Of a DNA stretch of 64,000 nucleotides, positions 35,479 to 45,427 are shown piece after piece (positions within the stretch are counted from its first letter, which is position 1; each line of letters opens with the position of its first letter). The stretch lies in assembly GCA_050173015.1 (NCBI GenBank), contig JBFXLE010000007.1, positions 1-64,000 of the forward strand, given 5' to 3'. A model generated the notes under the pieces. It was given only the letters and a program-made list of their open reading frames with translations, had not been told where the DNA came from and ran no database searches. Source of the DNA: Calditrichaceae bacterium (GTDB lineage: Bacteria; Calditrichota; Calditrichia; Calditrichales; JBFXGD01). A program made the position numbers and the translations under genes.

Positions 35479-37197
35479 TTATTTATAATTTCTTGCCTCA
35501 TTGATCAAATGTCTGGCATTTTCAAGCGCGTGATTAGATATAATCTCCCCGCCAAGCAGATTCGCGATCTCTTTTTCCCGGCTGTCTTCGCTCAGTAAAC
35601 TGATACCAACAAAGGTCCTGTTACCCTCAACCGATTTTGCTACTTTATAATGTGAATCAGCAAACGCCGCGATCTGAGGGAGATGTGTTACACACAGGAT
35701 TTGATGGAATTTTGCCAGTTCGGTCATTTTTTTTCCGACAATCTGAGCAATTTTCCCCGATATACCGTTATCAATTTCATCAAAAATTAAAATCGGAAGC
35801 TGATCCTTCTCGGCAAGTATCGTTTTCAGAGCCAGCATGATTCTTGAGATTTCACCGCCTGACGCGATTTTGTGAAGCGGCTTAAAATCTTCCCCCGCGT
35901 TTGACGCAATCTCAAATAATACCTGATCAAATCCGCGTGAAGTAATAGCGAGGCGCTTACCTTCAACCATAAACTGTCCCTCGGGATGTTCATGGAAAAT
36001 TTGATGAACACGAAAACGCGCCTGCGGCATACCGATTTCTGTCAATATACCCGTAATCTGATTTTCCAGATCCGCGGATTTCATTTTTCTGTTGTGACTG
36101 ATGAGAAGCCCTTTCTCTATCAATACTTCCTTCAATTTTAGAATCCTGCGTTCACATTCAGCCAATTCTTCATCAAAGTGATCGACCTTTTTCAAGAGCT
36201 CCGCTATTTCTTCACGATGTTCAATTAATTCCTGAACATTAATTTTTCCATATTTCTTCAATAAAAATTCCAGTTGAGCAATTCTCTGTCTTATGAACTC
36301 GGCCCGGTCGGGATCGAATTCTAGACCGGCGATATACTGGGCGCTAAAACGGCCGATCTCTTCGATCGCTACCCTTGCATTTGTCAGGGATTCAAGGATA
36401 TTTTCGAATTGAGGATCCAACTTTGCAATTTTTTTGAGATTCTCTTCGGCCTGAACGATTAAATGACCGGCATTCCTTTCGCCATCATAAAGCGCGTCAT
36501 TCACCACGCTTCCGTACTGATGCAGATCTTCCACGTGGCTCAAGATCTTTAATTCCGTGCGAATATTCTCAATTTCATCGGCATCGAGCTCTGCTTTTCT
36601 TAATTCATCCAGCTGATACCGGTACATATCCTGCATCTGAACTGAACTTGCTTTTTGAGCTGTCAAATCATCACGTTCCGAGACAGCATTTTTATATTCA
36701 TGCAAATAATTTTTAAAAATTCCAAGCAGGGGATCAAGCCCGCCAAAATCATCCAGATAAACAATATGATTCTCGGGATGCAGCAGTCGCTGATGCTGAT
36801 GCTGGCCGTGAAGATCAATAAGGCGGGAACTTAGCTCGTTCAATCTGCCTAATGTAATAGGAGTATCGTTAAGGAAGATTCGCGCGCTCCCGTTTACATT
36901 TATCTCTTTTCTTAAAATAAAAGTGGATCTGTGATTGTCATCCGAATCAAAATCACTGATCAAATCTGATAAATCGGCGGCTGAATCAACGTCAATTTCT
37001 GCTTCTATGATGGCCTTTTTTTCACCGGATCGAATCAAATCGGAACTGCTGCGGTCACCACATAACTGGCCCAGCGCGTTGACCAAAATCGACTTTCCGG
37101 CACCTGTCTCACCGGTAATGATGTTCAAGCCCGATTTGAAGGAGACTTCGGCTTCATCAACCAGAGCAAAATTTTTAATATAAAGATTTTTAACCAT
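35479..37197 (-). CDS. recN: DNA repair protein RecN
   Basis: ITGETGAGKS, HGQHQHQ, IASGGEISR, FDEID, VTHLPQIA. Confidence 0.96.
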   Translation of the reverse strand: MVKNLYIKNFALVDEAEVSFKSGLNIITGETGAGKSILVNALGQLCGDRSSSDLIRSGEKKAIIEAEIDVDSAADLSDLISDFDSDDNHRSTFILRKEINVNGSARIFLNDTPITLGRLNELSSRLIDLHGQHQHQRLLHPENHIVYLDDFGGLDPLLGIFKNYLHEYKNAVSERDDLTAQKASSVQMQDMYRYQLDELRKAELDADEIENIRTELKILSHVEDLHQYGSVVNDALYDGERNAGHLIVQAEENLKKIAKLDPQFENILESLTNARVAIEEIGRFSAQYIAGLEFDPDRAEFIRQRIAQLEFLLKKYGKINVQELIEHREEIAELLKKVDHFDEELAECERRILKLKEVLIEKGLLISHNRKMKSADLENQITGILTEIGMPQARFRVHQIFHEHPEGQFMVEGKRLAITSRGFDQVLFEIASNAGEDFKPLHKIASGGEISRIMLALKTILAEKDQLPILIFDEIDNGISGKIAQIVGKKMTELAKFHQILCVTHLPQIAAFADSHYKVAKSVEGNRTFVGISLLSEDSREKEIANLLGGEIISNHALENARHLINEARNYK

Positions 37198-37200
37198 AGT

Positions 37201-39540
37201 TTATTTTCTTATTACCGCTATCTTACCTGATGCGGATGTTCCGTCTTCATGGTAAGCTAAATAGAAATATATACCTGAAGCAACAGGATCTCCATTTTCG
37301 TCTTTTCCGTCCCAGGTTGCTCTGCTGCCAAAAACCTGATTGTTTTGACTGGTCAACTCACGAACCATTATTCCGTTCAAATTATAGATTTTCACAGTGG
37401 AGCTGAACTTCAGTTCTGTTATTACAAAGTTCCGGTTGCTTCCGTCAATCACAAAAGGATTTGGCCCGGCATTCATACGGTCATAGTTATTCTGTATTTC
37501 AGCAAAACTGCCCCGAAACACGGACAATCCATGTTCTGTCGCGATGACCGCCCTGGAATCGACGGGGTCAACATACACTCCGTGAACATCATTGTTGACC
37601 AGGCCACTGTTCAAAGTTGTATATCCGACCCAGGCGAAGGAATCCCAGGCGCTCCGTCCGTCTTTCAGAATACTCAATCCACCTTGTGTCGCGAACCATT
37701 TATTATTGTATGTGTCCACAAATATATAATTTATTCTATTTTCAAGCGGCCCGCTCAGTCCTTCCAGATCCCCCACATGCCTGTAAACATTAACACCATC
37801 AAACGAATTTAGACCGGCGGTAGTACCGATCCAGACGATTCCGTCCTTATCCGTCGCAATGGACAATACGGTATTACTGTATAAATTATTTTCAATATTT
37901 AGTTTATACAATCGGTCATCGTTCTTGTTTCTCAGGGTATTATTGTAATCCAGTACGTAGGCGCCATTATTTAAAGTTCCAAACCAAACCCTGCCGAAAT
38001 CATCAAACTCGATACAGGATATGCCCTGCTCATCGGCAATAATGCCATCATCGGCTCCAAAGTAGGTCCAGTTTTCCTTGTTAAGGTCGATAAATCCATC
38101 AGCGTTGTACGGCGCTACAGCCATAATATTGCCATTGGATGCAAAATAGTTTCCAAACCACAGATTCCCGGACAGATCTTCCTTGATGGCGGTAATCACC
38201 TGGTAATCTGAAGCGCTAACCGGCGCAGGACTAAAAAAACCGCGATGTTCATCCGGAATGGGTTGAATACTCAACTCATAAATGCTGTCACCGGTAGTGA
38301 TTTTAACAAATCCATCCGTATAGTAATCATTAAAAAACTTTAATTCTTCATTTCTCATGACGGCAACTCCGCCACCCCAGGTGCCGGTCCAAATATTGTC
38401 GTATTGATCTTCATATATCACATCCGTGTTCCCCAGTCTCCCGAGTTCCGAACCGGTAAAATCCACGTTTGTCCAGCTACCCCCGTCATTAAAAGAAAAC
38501 CCATCACCGCTCTGCAACTTGAACTTACCGGTACTGACCCAGATTTTACCGCGGCTGTCAGTAATCACATAACGGAGCGCGTTACTCACAGGGCCATCCA
38601 GTAAAAGCGGTTTATTCCAACCGGCGCTAAAAAAGCCTCCGAATCGAAGCCCGATCCGGATGATACCTGATGAATCCATTTGCATGGCTGAAATAACATT
38701 CAGGAAACTGCCGGCAAATTGTCTGCCGTTTTCTTCTGAATACGAATAATAACTGCCAAAATAGGACGCGAAGATATTCTGATCAGATTTGGTAAGTGTA
38801 TGAACGGCATCATTACCCCAGGCAGTTTCATTATGGAGCTGCATGGAAGTATCCAACGAAACAAGCCCGGCGCCTGTGCCAATCCATATTTTGTTATTAT
38901 GAACAATCATTTCGTAAATATAATCAGATTGTAAGCCGTTCGATGTATTATATACTTTCCACAATGCCGGGTCATTTATGGTATTTTTTGAGAAATCTGA
39001 TGGTGCGGTCAGCAGTCCCGTTTCCGTTCCGAGCCAGATGCGGCCGGAATAAATTTGCAGGGATGTCGTTTTGCCGGGAAGTATGGGAAAATTGATAAAG
39101 GAATCTTTATATTTGTAAATATCTCCATTCCACAAAAAAACGGAGACACTTTTTCCCGCGGCGACCCAAAGAGTATCCTCATTGGTCAAAATGTCAGAAA
39201 TTTCGTTTCCGCTAATCTGGAAAAGCTGTGACCATTGATCTGATGATTGACTATAGATCTGAATTACTCCGTCCTCACCTCCGGTGACTACATTTCCATA
39301 ATTATCCAGTGCAATCGCCCTCATGTCAATGGAATACATCCCATCAACATTTGTGAAGCGCCTGATTTGATTGTCCGTTTTACCGTAAGAATACACCCCA
39401 CCCGTCGTCGCAACCCACACTGTTTCATGATCCTCGACAAGATCACGCACATCATTCATATTGGTAATCGTTTCCCAATCGCGCAAATCAGCCGCCCACG
39501 ACACGGTTATGAGTAGAAAAAACAGACTTACATACTTCAT
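37201..39540 (-). CDS. PorZ-like beta-propeller protein with C-terminal FlgD/T9SS-type domain
   Basis: Signal peptide, repeated (D..G..)W.GT..G propeller blades, C-terminal PNPF...VKIYNLNG...WDGKD..G..VASGIY. Confidence 0.75.
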   Translation of the reverse strand: MKYVSLFFLLITVSWAADLRDWETITNMNDVRDLVEDHETVWVATTGGVYSYGKTDNQIRRFTNVDGMYSIDMRAIALDNYGNVVTGGEDGVIQIYSQSSDQWSQLFQISGNEISDILTNEDTLWVAAGKSVSVFLWNGDIYKYKDSFINFPILPGKTTSLQIYSGRIWLGTETGLLTAPSDFSKNTINDPALWKVYNTSNGLQSDYIYEMIVHNNKIWIGTGAGLVSLDTSMQLHNETAWGNDAVHTLTKSDQNIFASYFGSYYSYSEENGRQFAGSFLNVISAMQMDSSGIIRIGLRFGGFFSAGWNKPLLLDGPVSNALRYVITDSRGKIWVSTGKFKLQSGDGFSFNDGGSWTNVDFTGSELGRLGNTDVIYEDQYDNIWTGTWGGGVAVMRNEELKFFNDYYTDGFVKITTGDSIYELSIQPIPDEHRGFFSPAPVSASDYQVITAIKEDLSGNLWFGNYFASNGNIMAVAPYNADGFIDLNKENWTYFGADDGIIADEQGISCIEFDDFGRVWFGTLNNGAYVLDYNNTLRNKNDDRLYKLNIENNLYSNTVLSIATDKDGIVWIGTTAGLNSFDGVNVYRHVGDLEGLSGPLENRINYIFVDTYNNKWFATQGGLSILKDGRSAWDSFAWVGYTTLNSGLVNNDVHGVYVDPVDSRAVIATEHGLSVFRGSFAEIQNNYDRMNAGPNPFVIDGSNRNFVITELKFSSTVKIYNLNGIMVRELTSQNNQVFGSRATWDGKDENGDPVASGIYFYLAYHEDGTSASGKIAVIRK

Positions 39541-39559
39541 TCACCTTCTCCGGAAACGA

Positions 39560-40024
39560 TTATAATTTTCCCATAAGGTCAACCATCTCAATTGCCGTTA
39601 ATGCGGCATCCCAACCTTTATTACCCGCCTTTGTGCCTGCTCTTTCGATTGCCTGTTCAATAGAATCTGATGTAATAATACCAAAGATAACCGGCTTTCC
39701 CGTTTCAAGCGAGACACTTGCGATTCCCTTGGATACTTCAGCTGAAACATAATCAAAATGAGGCGTCGCGCCGCGAATTACCGCCCCAAGACAAATGACA
39801 CCGTCATACTTATCCGATTCAGCCAAACGTTTGGCGATAACCGGTATCTCAAAAGATCCGGGCACCCAGACAACGGTGAGATCATTATCCAGTCCTCCAT
39901 GACGAATCAGGCAATCCGTCGCTCCGGAGAGTAATTTGTTTGAAATAAATTCATTGAACCGACCGACCACCAACGCAAACTTTTTTCCTTTTGCCGAAAG
40001 ATGGCCTTCTATTAGTTTGGCCAT
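39560..40024 (-). CDS. ribH: 6,7-dimethyl-8-ribityllumazine synthase
   Basis: [33 protein letters not shown]. Confidence 0.96.
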   Translation of the reverse strand: MAKLIEGHLSAKGKKFALVVGRFNEFISNKLLSGATDCLIRHGGLDNDLTVVWVPGSFEIPVIAKRLAESDKYDGVICLGAVIRGATPHFDYVSAEVSKGIASVSLETGKPVIFGIITSDSIEQAIERAGTKAGNKGWDAALTAIEMVDLMGKL

Positions 40025-40065
40025 TGTACCTCCTAGTTCACTTCAATTTGAATTTCAAAAACAGG

Positions 40066-41304
40066 TCATTTTTTTGATAAAAACAGATGCCCCATTTTAT
40101 CTCTTTTTGTTTTTAAATATCGTTCGTTGACTTCATTGGGACAAATTTCTATCGGCACCCGTTCCACAATTTCAAGATCATATCCTTTAAGACCGACAAT
40201 CTTTTTCGGGTTATTCGTCATAAGCCTGATTTTTGACAATCCCAAATCCTTCAATATTTGAGCTCCGATACCATAATCTCTTAAATCGGCTTTAAAGCCA
40301 AGCATCTCATTTGCCTCAACGGTATCTTTGCCCTCCTCCTGAAGCGCGTACGCCAGCAGTTTATTCACCAATCCGATCCCGCGCCCTTCCTGACGCATAT
40401 ACAGAACAACGCCTCTGCCTTCCTTTTCGACAATTTTCAAAGCAGTCGCGAGCTGATCACCGCAATCACAACGTCTTGAACCAAAAACATCACCGGTAAG
40501 ACATTCTGAGTGTACGCGCACGAGTACAGGATCTCCGTTTGATACATCACCTTTGACGAGAGCGACATGGTGCTCGTTCAGATCAAGAATATTTTCAAAA
40601 AGGTATAATTTAAACTTGCCGTAACGCGTCGGCATATCCACCACCACCCGTCGCTGAACAAGTTTTTCTCTCTGTCCCCTGTACTCAATCAGATCCGCGA
40701 TGGTTATCATTTTCAATTTATGCTTTTTGATGAATTTTTTCAGTTGTGTCACACGAGCCATACTGCCGTCTTCATCCATTATCTCACAGAGGACGCCCGA
40801 TGGTTTCAGACCGGCCATTCGGGCAAGATCAACCGCCGCTTCTGTATGCCCGGCTCTTCTGAGTACGCCCCCCTGTTTAGCAATTAAGGGGAAAATGTGT
40901 CCGGGACGAGCCAGATCTTCAGGTTTTGTTGCCGGGTCAATGGCCGCTCTAATTGTACTGGAGCGGTCAAACGCAGAAATTCCGGTTGTGGTACCATGCT
41001 TATAATCGATGGTCACCGCAAACGGTGTTTCATGGAGGGCGGTATTCTCCTCAACCATATAATCCAGCCGTAAATCACGCGCCCGCTGATCGGTAATCGC
41101 TACACAAAGCATCCCGCGCGCCTCACGTGTGATAAAATTGACATCTTCGGGACGAATCAATTCTGACGCCATAATCAGATCGCCTTCATTTTCACGATCC
41201 GCGTCATCAACGACAACGACCATCCTGCCATTCCGAATATCCTCAAGGGCTTCATCAATCGAACTAAAAGATACACCCTTTTCATTTATCTTTTTATCTG
41301 ACAT
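40066..41304 (-). CDS. ribBA: Bifunctional DHBP synthase / GTP cyclohydrolase II
   Basis: [46 protein letters not shown]. Start likely 41304. Confidence 0.96.
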   Translation of the reverse strand: MSDKKINEKGVSFSSIDEALEDIRNGRMVVVVDDADRENEGDLIMASELIRPEDVNFITREARGMLCVAITDQRARDLRLDYMVEENTALHETPFAVTIDYKHGTTTGISAFDRSSTIRAAIDPATKPEDLARPGHIFPLIAKQGGVLRRAGHTEAAVDLARMAGLKPSGVLCEIMDEDGSMARVTQLKKFIKKHKLKMITIADLIEYRGQREKLVQRRVVVDMPTRYGKFKLYLFENILDLNEHHVALVKGDVSNGDPVLVRVHSECLTGDVFGSRRCDCGDQLATALKIVEKEGRGVVLYMRQEGRGIGLVNKLLAYALQEEGKDTVEANEMLGFKADLRDYGIGAQILKDLGLSKIRLMTNNPKKIVGLKGYDLEIVERVPIEICPNEVNERYLKTKRDKMGHLFLSKK

Positions 41305-41306
41305 TG

Positions 41307-41954
41307 TTAATACCCTAACTTTTTGAACCATTCATCCGAAAAAACCGAATCTCCGGATTGTGATTTTTTTGAAATCATTAAATTTTCAACATATTTAGCG
41401 ATAACATCCGTTTCAATATTTACCTGATCACCGATATCCCTGAATTTCAAATGAGTATTCGACCAGGTGTGAGGTATGACTGAGACACCGACTCTTGAAT
41501 CATTCAATCTGGCAATAGTCAAACTGATACCATCGATGGCAATGGATCCTTCCGAAATCAGATATTTAGTTAATTCCTTCGGGACATCCACCTCCAGGAA
41601 ATAATTTTCTCCCAGTTTGTTTATTTGAGTTATCGTCGCCACACCGTTCACATGCCCCTGAACCAGATGCCCGCCAAGCCTGTCCATCAGCCTTACAGCC
41701 CGTTCAAGATTTACTAAAGTTCCTTGCCGTAATTTAGAAAAGGTGGTTTTTTTTAATGTATCGCCAACCGCGTCAACACGGAAACTTTCCGTGTCACAAG
41801 CGGTAACGGTAAGGCAAACGCCGTTCACAGCGACCGAATCGTCAATTTTAACATCGTTCATAATTGACTTCGCTGAAATTTTAACGCGTTTACCACCGGC
41901 TATCGGTTCAATTCCGGTAATTTTTCCGATTTCTTCTATGATTCCTGTGAACAT
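41307..41954 (-). CDS. ribE: Riboflavin synthase (alpha chain)
   Basis: [30 protein letters not shown]. Confidence 0.96.
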   Translation of the reverse strand: MFTGIIEEIGKITGIEPIAGGKRVKISAKSIMNDVKIDDSVAVNGVCLTVTACDTESFRVDAVGDTLKKTTFSKLRQGTLVNLERAVRLMDRLGGHLVQGHVNGVATITQINKLGENYFLEVDVPKELTKYLISEGSIAIDGISLTIARLNDSRVGVSVIPHTWSNTHLKFRDIGDQVNIETDVIAKYVENLMISKKSQSGDSVFSDEWFKKLGY

Positions 41955-42000
41955 GGCTATAATTTATTAATTTAAGACTATCATTTCACTTAAAAAAATG

Positions 42001-43092
42001 TCAATCCGACTTCTTTTTTAATTCTATCTTAATATCATTACCTAATTTTTCGATCGATCGCAGTTCAAATTCCGTCCGTGTATCAACATCAAAGGCGGAT
42101 AATCCTCGTCCAAACAAAACCGGCGCCTGCAATATGATTAATTCATCCAGATGATTATTACTTATGAATGAACTGAATAATTCCTGTCCGCCTTCAACCA
42201 ATACCGAAATAATTTTTTCCGTGCCCAGGATTTTAAGAATCCGGTTAAGATCAAGATGGAATTTTCGGTCCGACGGTATCCTGAAAATACTAATTCCTCT
42301 ATTTTCAAGAGATCGAATTTTTTGAACATCGCTGTCTTCCGCCGTAAAAACCCAGGTACCTTCCTTTCCCTCATCATTAAATATTTTAGAATCCGGCGGG
42401 CTGCTCAGACGCCCGTCGATGATTATTCTGTATGGATTCCGCCCCTGAACCTTTCTTACCGTCAGCTGCGGATTGTCAGAGCTTACGGTGCCCGCGCCGA
42501 TCATCACCGCGTCATAGCCGGCCCGCTGTCTGTGAACATATTCGACGGCTTCATTACCCGTCAGCCATGTCATTGTTCCTCTGCGCTCGGCAATTTTCCC
42601 GTCCAGTGTTTGCGCGATTTTCATTGTTACATATGGCATTCCGGTTTGAATATATTTGAAGAAAAAACGGTTGAGATACTCGCCTTGCTTCCGTAGTACA
42701 CCGGTTGTCACTTCAATTCCTGCATCAGATAATTGTTTCACTCCCTTCCCGGAAACCATAGGATTTGGATCGGGATTGCTTATCACAACCCTTTTTAATT
42801 TGTGCGAGATAATTAGGGGTGTACAGGGTGGGGTTTGTTTTTCAGTATGACAACACGGCTCAAGGTTGCAATAGAGTGTCGCCCCCTCAACGGATTCGAT
42901 CGCGTTCTGAATCGCGTTCAGTTCCGCGTGCGCGCTTCCGTAATGCTCGTGCCATCCTTCCGCGATGATCTTTCCATTTTTGACAATGACGGCGCCGACC
43001 AGCGGATTCGGACTTACTTCACCCTTACCACGGCACGCCAATTCAAGGCACCGCCGCATGTAAACATGATCATCAGCTATTCCTGCTGTCAT
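42001..43092 (-). CDS. ribD: Riboflavin biosynthesis deaminase/reductase
   Basis: SPNPLVGAV, HAE, LEPCCH...PPC, TLDGKIA, DNPQL, VEGG. Start likely 43092. Confidence 0.95.
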   Translation of the reverse strand: MTAGIADDHVYMRRCLELACRGKGEVSPNPLVGAVIVKNGKIIAEGWHEHYGSAHAELNAIQNAIESVEGATLYCNLEPCCHTEKQTPPCTPLIISHKLKRVVISNPDPNPMVSGKGVKQLSDAGIEVTTGVLRKQGEYLNRFFFKYIQTGMPYVTMKIAQTLDGKIAERRGTMTWLTGNEAVEYVHRQRAGYDAVMIGAGTVSSDNPQLTVRKVQGRNPYRIIIDGRLSSPPDSKIFNDEGKEGTWVFTAEDSDVQKIRSLENRGISIFRIPSDRKFHLDLNRILKILGTEKIISVLVEGGQELFSSFISNNHLDELIILQAPVLFGRGLSAFDVDTRTEFELRSIEKLGNDIKIELKKKSD

Positions 43093-43288
43093 GGTAACCT
43101 TCTTTTCAAGATGATTTATCCGGGATATGTTAATCAATCAGCAAATTTGCCGGAAAACAGTGTTTTCCCCGGAAGAGAAAGGTAATGATCTTTACTCTTT
43201 GGTTCAAGCTATTTGCCGGTAACATTAATAATACAGCGGCTATTTTTCGGCTATCGTTGGGAATATCCGGATTTGCCCGGGATAACCA

Positions 43289-43972
43289 TTACTTTTCGCC
43301 TGACGGTACATCTAATATGGGCGTTCCAAAGTGATTCCGCTGAAAACCGAACGCGATTGAAAGAAAATTGCTTAGCAGGAATCCCGTTACTCCCCAAATG
43401 ACATCACTTCCGGCATGATAATAATGTAAGCGCCAGGTATAACCATTCTTACTATAGGCTCTCACTTCAAAAACATCATCACGTACCAAAAAGCTCAAAG
43501 GAACATGAATTAGCCGGTCAATTTCTGCTTTATTCACGGTAAATGAGTATGGATAATCAAATATACCGACATAGGGGGTGACCAGGAAATGTGTATTCGT
43601 GAGAAAAATATCGGTTTGTCCGAGTACAGATATATCATTCTTTCGGATACCTATCTCTTCCTCCGTTTCTCTTAACGCGGTTTCGAGAAGATCCTTATCC
43701 GTCTCATCTTTTCTGCCGCCGGGAAACGAAATCTGTCCCTTGTGATGTTCCAGATTTTCAGTTCGTTTTGTAAACAAAAGATGTGCTTCGCCATCCTTAA
43801 AATAAACAGGTATTAATACAGCTGCATCCACTGATTCTGTATTTTTATAGATATACTCTTTTGTCTCATGACGATCCAGCCGCATTGTTAAATGTGAAAC
43901 GAGTTTTTCTTTCGAAAAGAAAAGTTCATGTAAATAATTTGAGTCTGGTGAAGGACTACCTGAATTCTTCAT
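43289..43972 (-). CDS. Nudix hydrolase, CoA pyrophosphatase (NudL-like)
   Basis: AAVLIP, HKGQISFPGG, Nudix box TALRETEEEIG, IWGVT. Confidence 0.9.
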   Translation of the reverse strand: MKNSGSPSPDSNYLHELFFSKEKLVSHLTMRLDRHETKEYIYKNTESVDAAVLIPVYFKDGEAHLLFTKRTENLEHHKGQISFPGGRKDETDKDLLETALRETEEEIGIRKNDISVLGQTDIFLTNTHFLVTPYVGIFDYPYSFTVNKAEIDRLIHVPLSFLVRDDVFEVRAYSKNGYTWRLHYYHAGSDVIWGVTGFLLSNFLSIAFGFQRNHFGTPILDVPSGEK

Positions 43973-45320
43973 CTTTGATGCTATAGTCTTCCAATTTATT
44001 GTATAATGATCGCCGGCTGATGCCCAGCATTTCAGCCGCTTTTAATTTATTGCCTTTGGCCATTTTAAGGGTTTTGATGATGGATGCGCGTTCAATTTCA
44101 GGAAGCGGAGTACCGGCCGGAAATCTGATCTCCTGCCCGGGCGCCATACCTTTGATGATCATCGCGGGCAGATCTTTTTTCCTTATTCTGTCTTTCGCGG
44201 ATATCATCGCCCTCAGAATGATATTTCTAAGTTCACGAATGTTTCCCGGCCAACTGTAGTCGGTAAGTAATTCTTCCGCGTCTTTGTCAATTCCTTTAAT
44301 ATTTTTATCGTATTCATTATTGAACCGCTGAATATAATAATTTGCGATAAGCAGAATATCTTCCGGTCGCTCTCTCAGTGGAGGTAATTCAATACCGTAA
44401 ACATTCAAACGGTAGTAAAGATCGTCTCGCAGCCTGCCCTCATCAATCAGATCAACCGGGTTTTCATTTGTCGCGGCAACGATTCTCACATCCACCGGTA
44501 TTTCCCGGTTTCCTCCCACCCTGTCAATTTTTTGGCTTTCCAGTACCCGGAGCAGTGAGATTTGCACCTGCTCACTCATGGAACTGATCTCATCCAGAAA
44601 AAGTGTGCCGTTGCTTGCTTCTTCAAACTTTCCCTTTTTTGACTCAATCGCGCCTGTAAAAGCGCCTTTTTCATGGCCGAATAATTCCGAGCTGATAAGA
44701 TCTTTCGGGATGGCGCCCGTATTCACCGCTATGAACGAATTTGGGTTTCTTTTTGACGCGTTATGAATTGCTCTCGCGACAAGCTCCTTACCGGTACCGC
44801 TCTCTCCGATAATTAAAACCGGGACATCAATATCGGCTATTTCGTTTATTTTTTTTACGACATTTTTAATCCCGCGGGATTTTCCTATAATTTCCCCAAA
44901 ATGAATGTATCTGTCCGGAATAACACCGCCGCTCTCCTTAGCGGAATCTATACCCGGAACACGTAGCGCGCGATGAACAACTTCTTTTAATTTTACGGGA
45001 TCAACAGGCTTAGGAATATAATCCAGCGCGCCGAGATGAATGGCTTCGACGGCATGCTCGATCGAGCTGTAACCGGTAACCATAATCACCCGTAAAAGCG
45101 GATCAAAATCGTTTATCATTTTGAGCAGTTCAAGTCCGTCGATCTCCTGCATCTTGTAATCAGTAACAATCAGATCATAACTGTACTTTCTGATTAAATC
45201 CATTGCAGCCGCGGCGCCATCCGCCTGATCGACACGATAATTCTGATCTTCAAGCAGTATAACCATACCTTCGCGGTGGGACTGATCATCATCAATAACT
45301 AGCAAATGTGGCTTAATCAT
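43956..45320 (-). CDS. sigma54-dependent response regulator (NtrC/AtoC family)
   Basis: Receiver domain (IDDD, TDYKM), [22 protein letters not shown], Fis-type HTH. Confidence 0.93.
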   Translation of the reverse strand: MIKPHLLVIDDDQSHREGMVILLEDQNYRVDQADGAAAAMDLIRKYSYDLIVTDYKMQEIDGLELLKMINDFDPLLRVIMVTGYSSIEHAVEAIHLGALDYIPKPVDPVKLKEVVHRALRVPGIDSAKESGGVIPDRYIHFGEIIGKSRGIKNVVKKINEIADIDVPVLIIGESGTGKELVARAIHNASKRNPNSFIAVNTGAIPKDLISSELFGHEKGAFTGAIESKKGKFEEASNGTLFLDEISSMSEQVQISLLRVLESQKIDRVGGNREIPVDVRIVAATNENPVDLIDEGRLRDDLYYRLNVYGIELPPLRERPEDILLIANYYIQRFNNEYDKNIKGIDKDAEELLTDYSWPGNIRELRNIILRAMISAKDRIRKKDLPAMIIKGMAPGQEIRFPAGTPLPEIERASIIKTLKMAKGNKLKAAEMLGISRRSLYNKLEDYSIKDEEFR

Positions 45321-45427
45321 CCGAATCTTCTTTATGCAATTTTATTATCAACTTTACGTAAAATAACGAGTTCACTGCCAATTTGCAACGGATTTACATT
45401 CTCTGATCATCCGGCTTCTTCGGGTTG

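Noticed and set aside
43138-43288. FMN riboswitch upstream of ribD
   Set aside because: None of the RFN conserved blocks are recognisable on the minus strand.
45364-45382. sigma54 promoter upstream of the orphan activator (TGGCAGTGAACTCGT)
   Set aside because: The -12 element is too poor to call.
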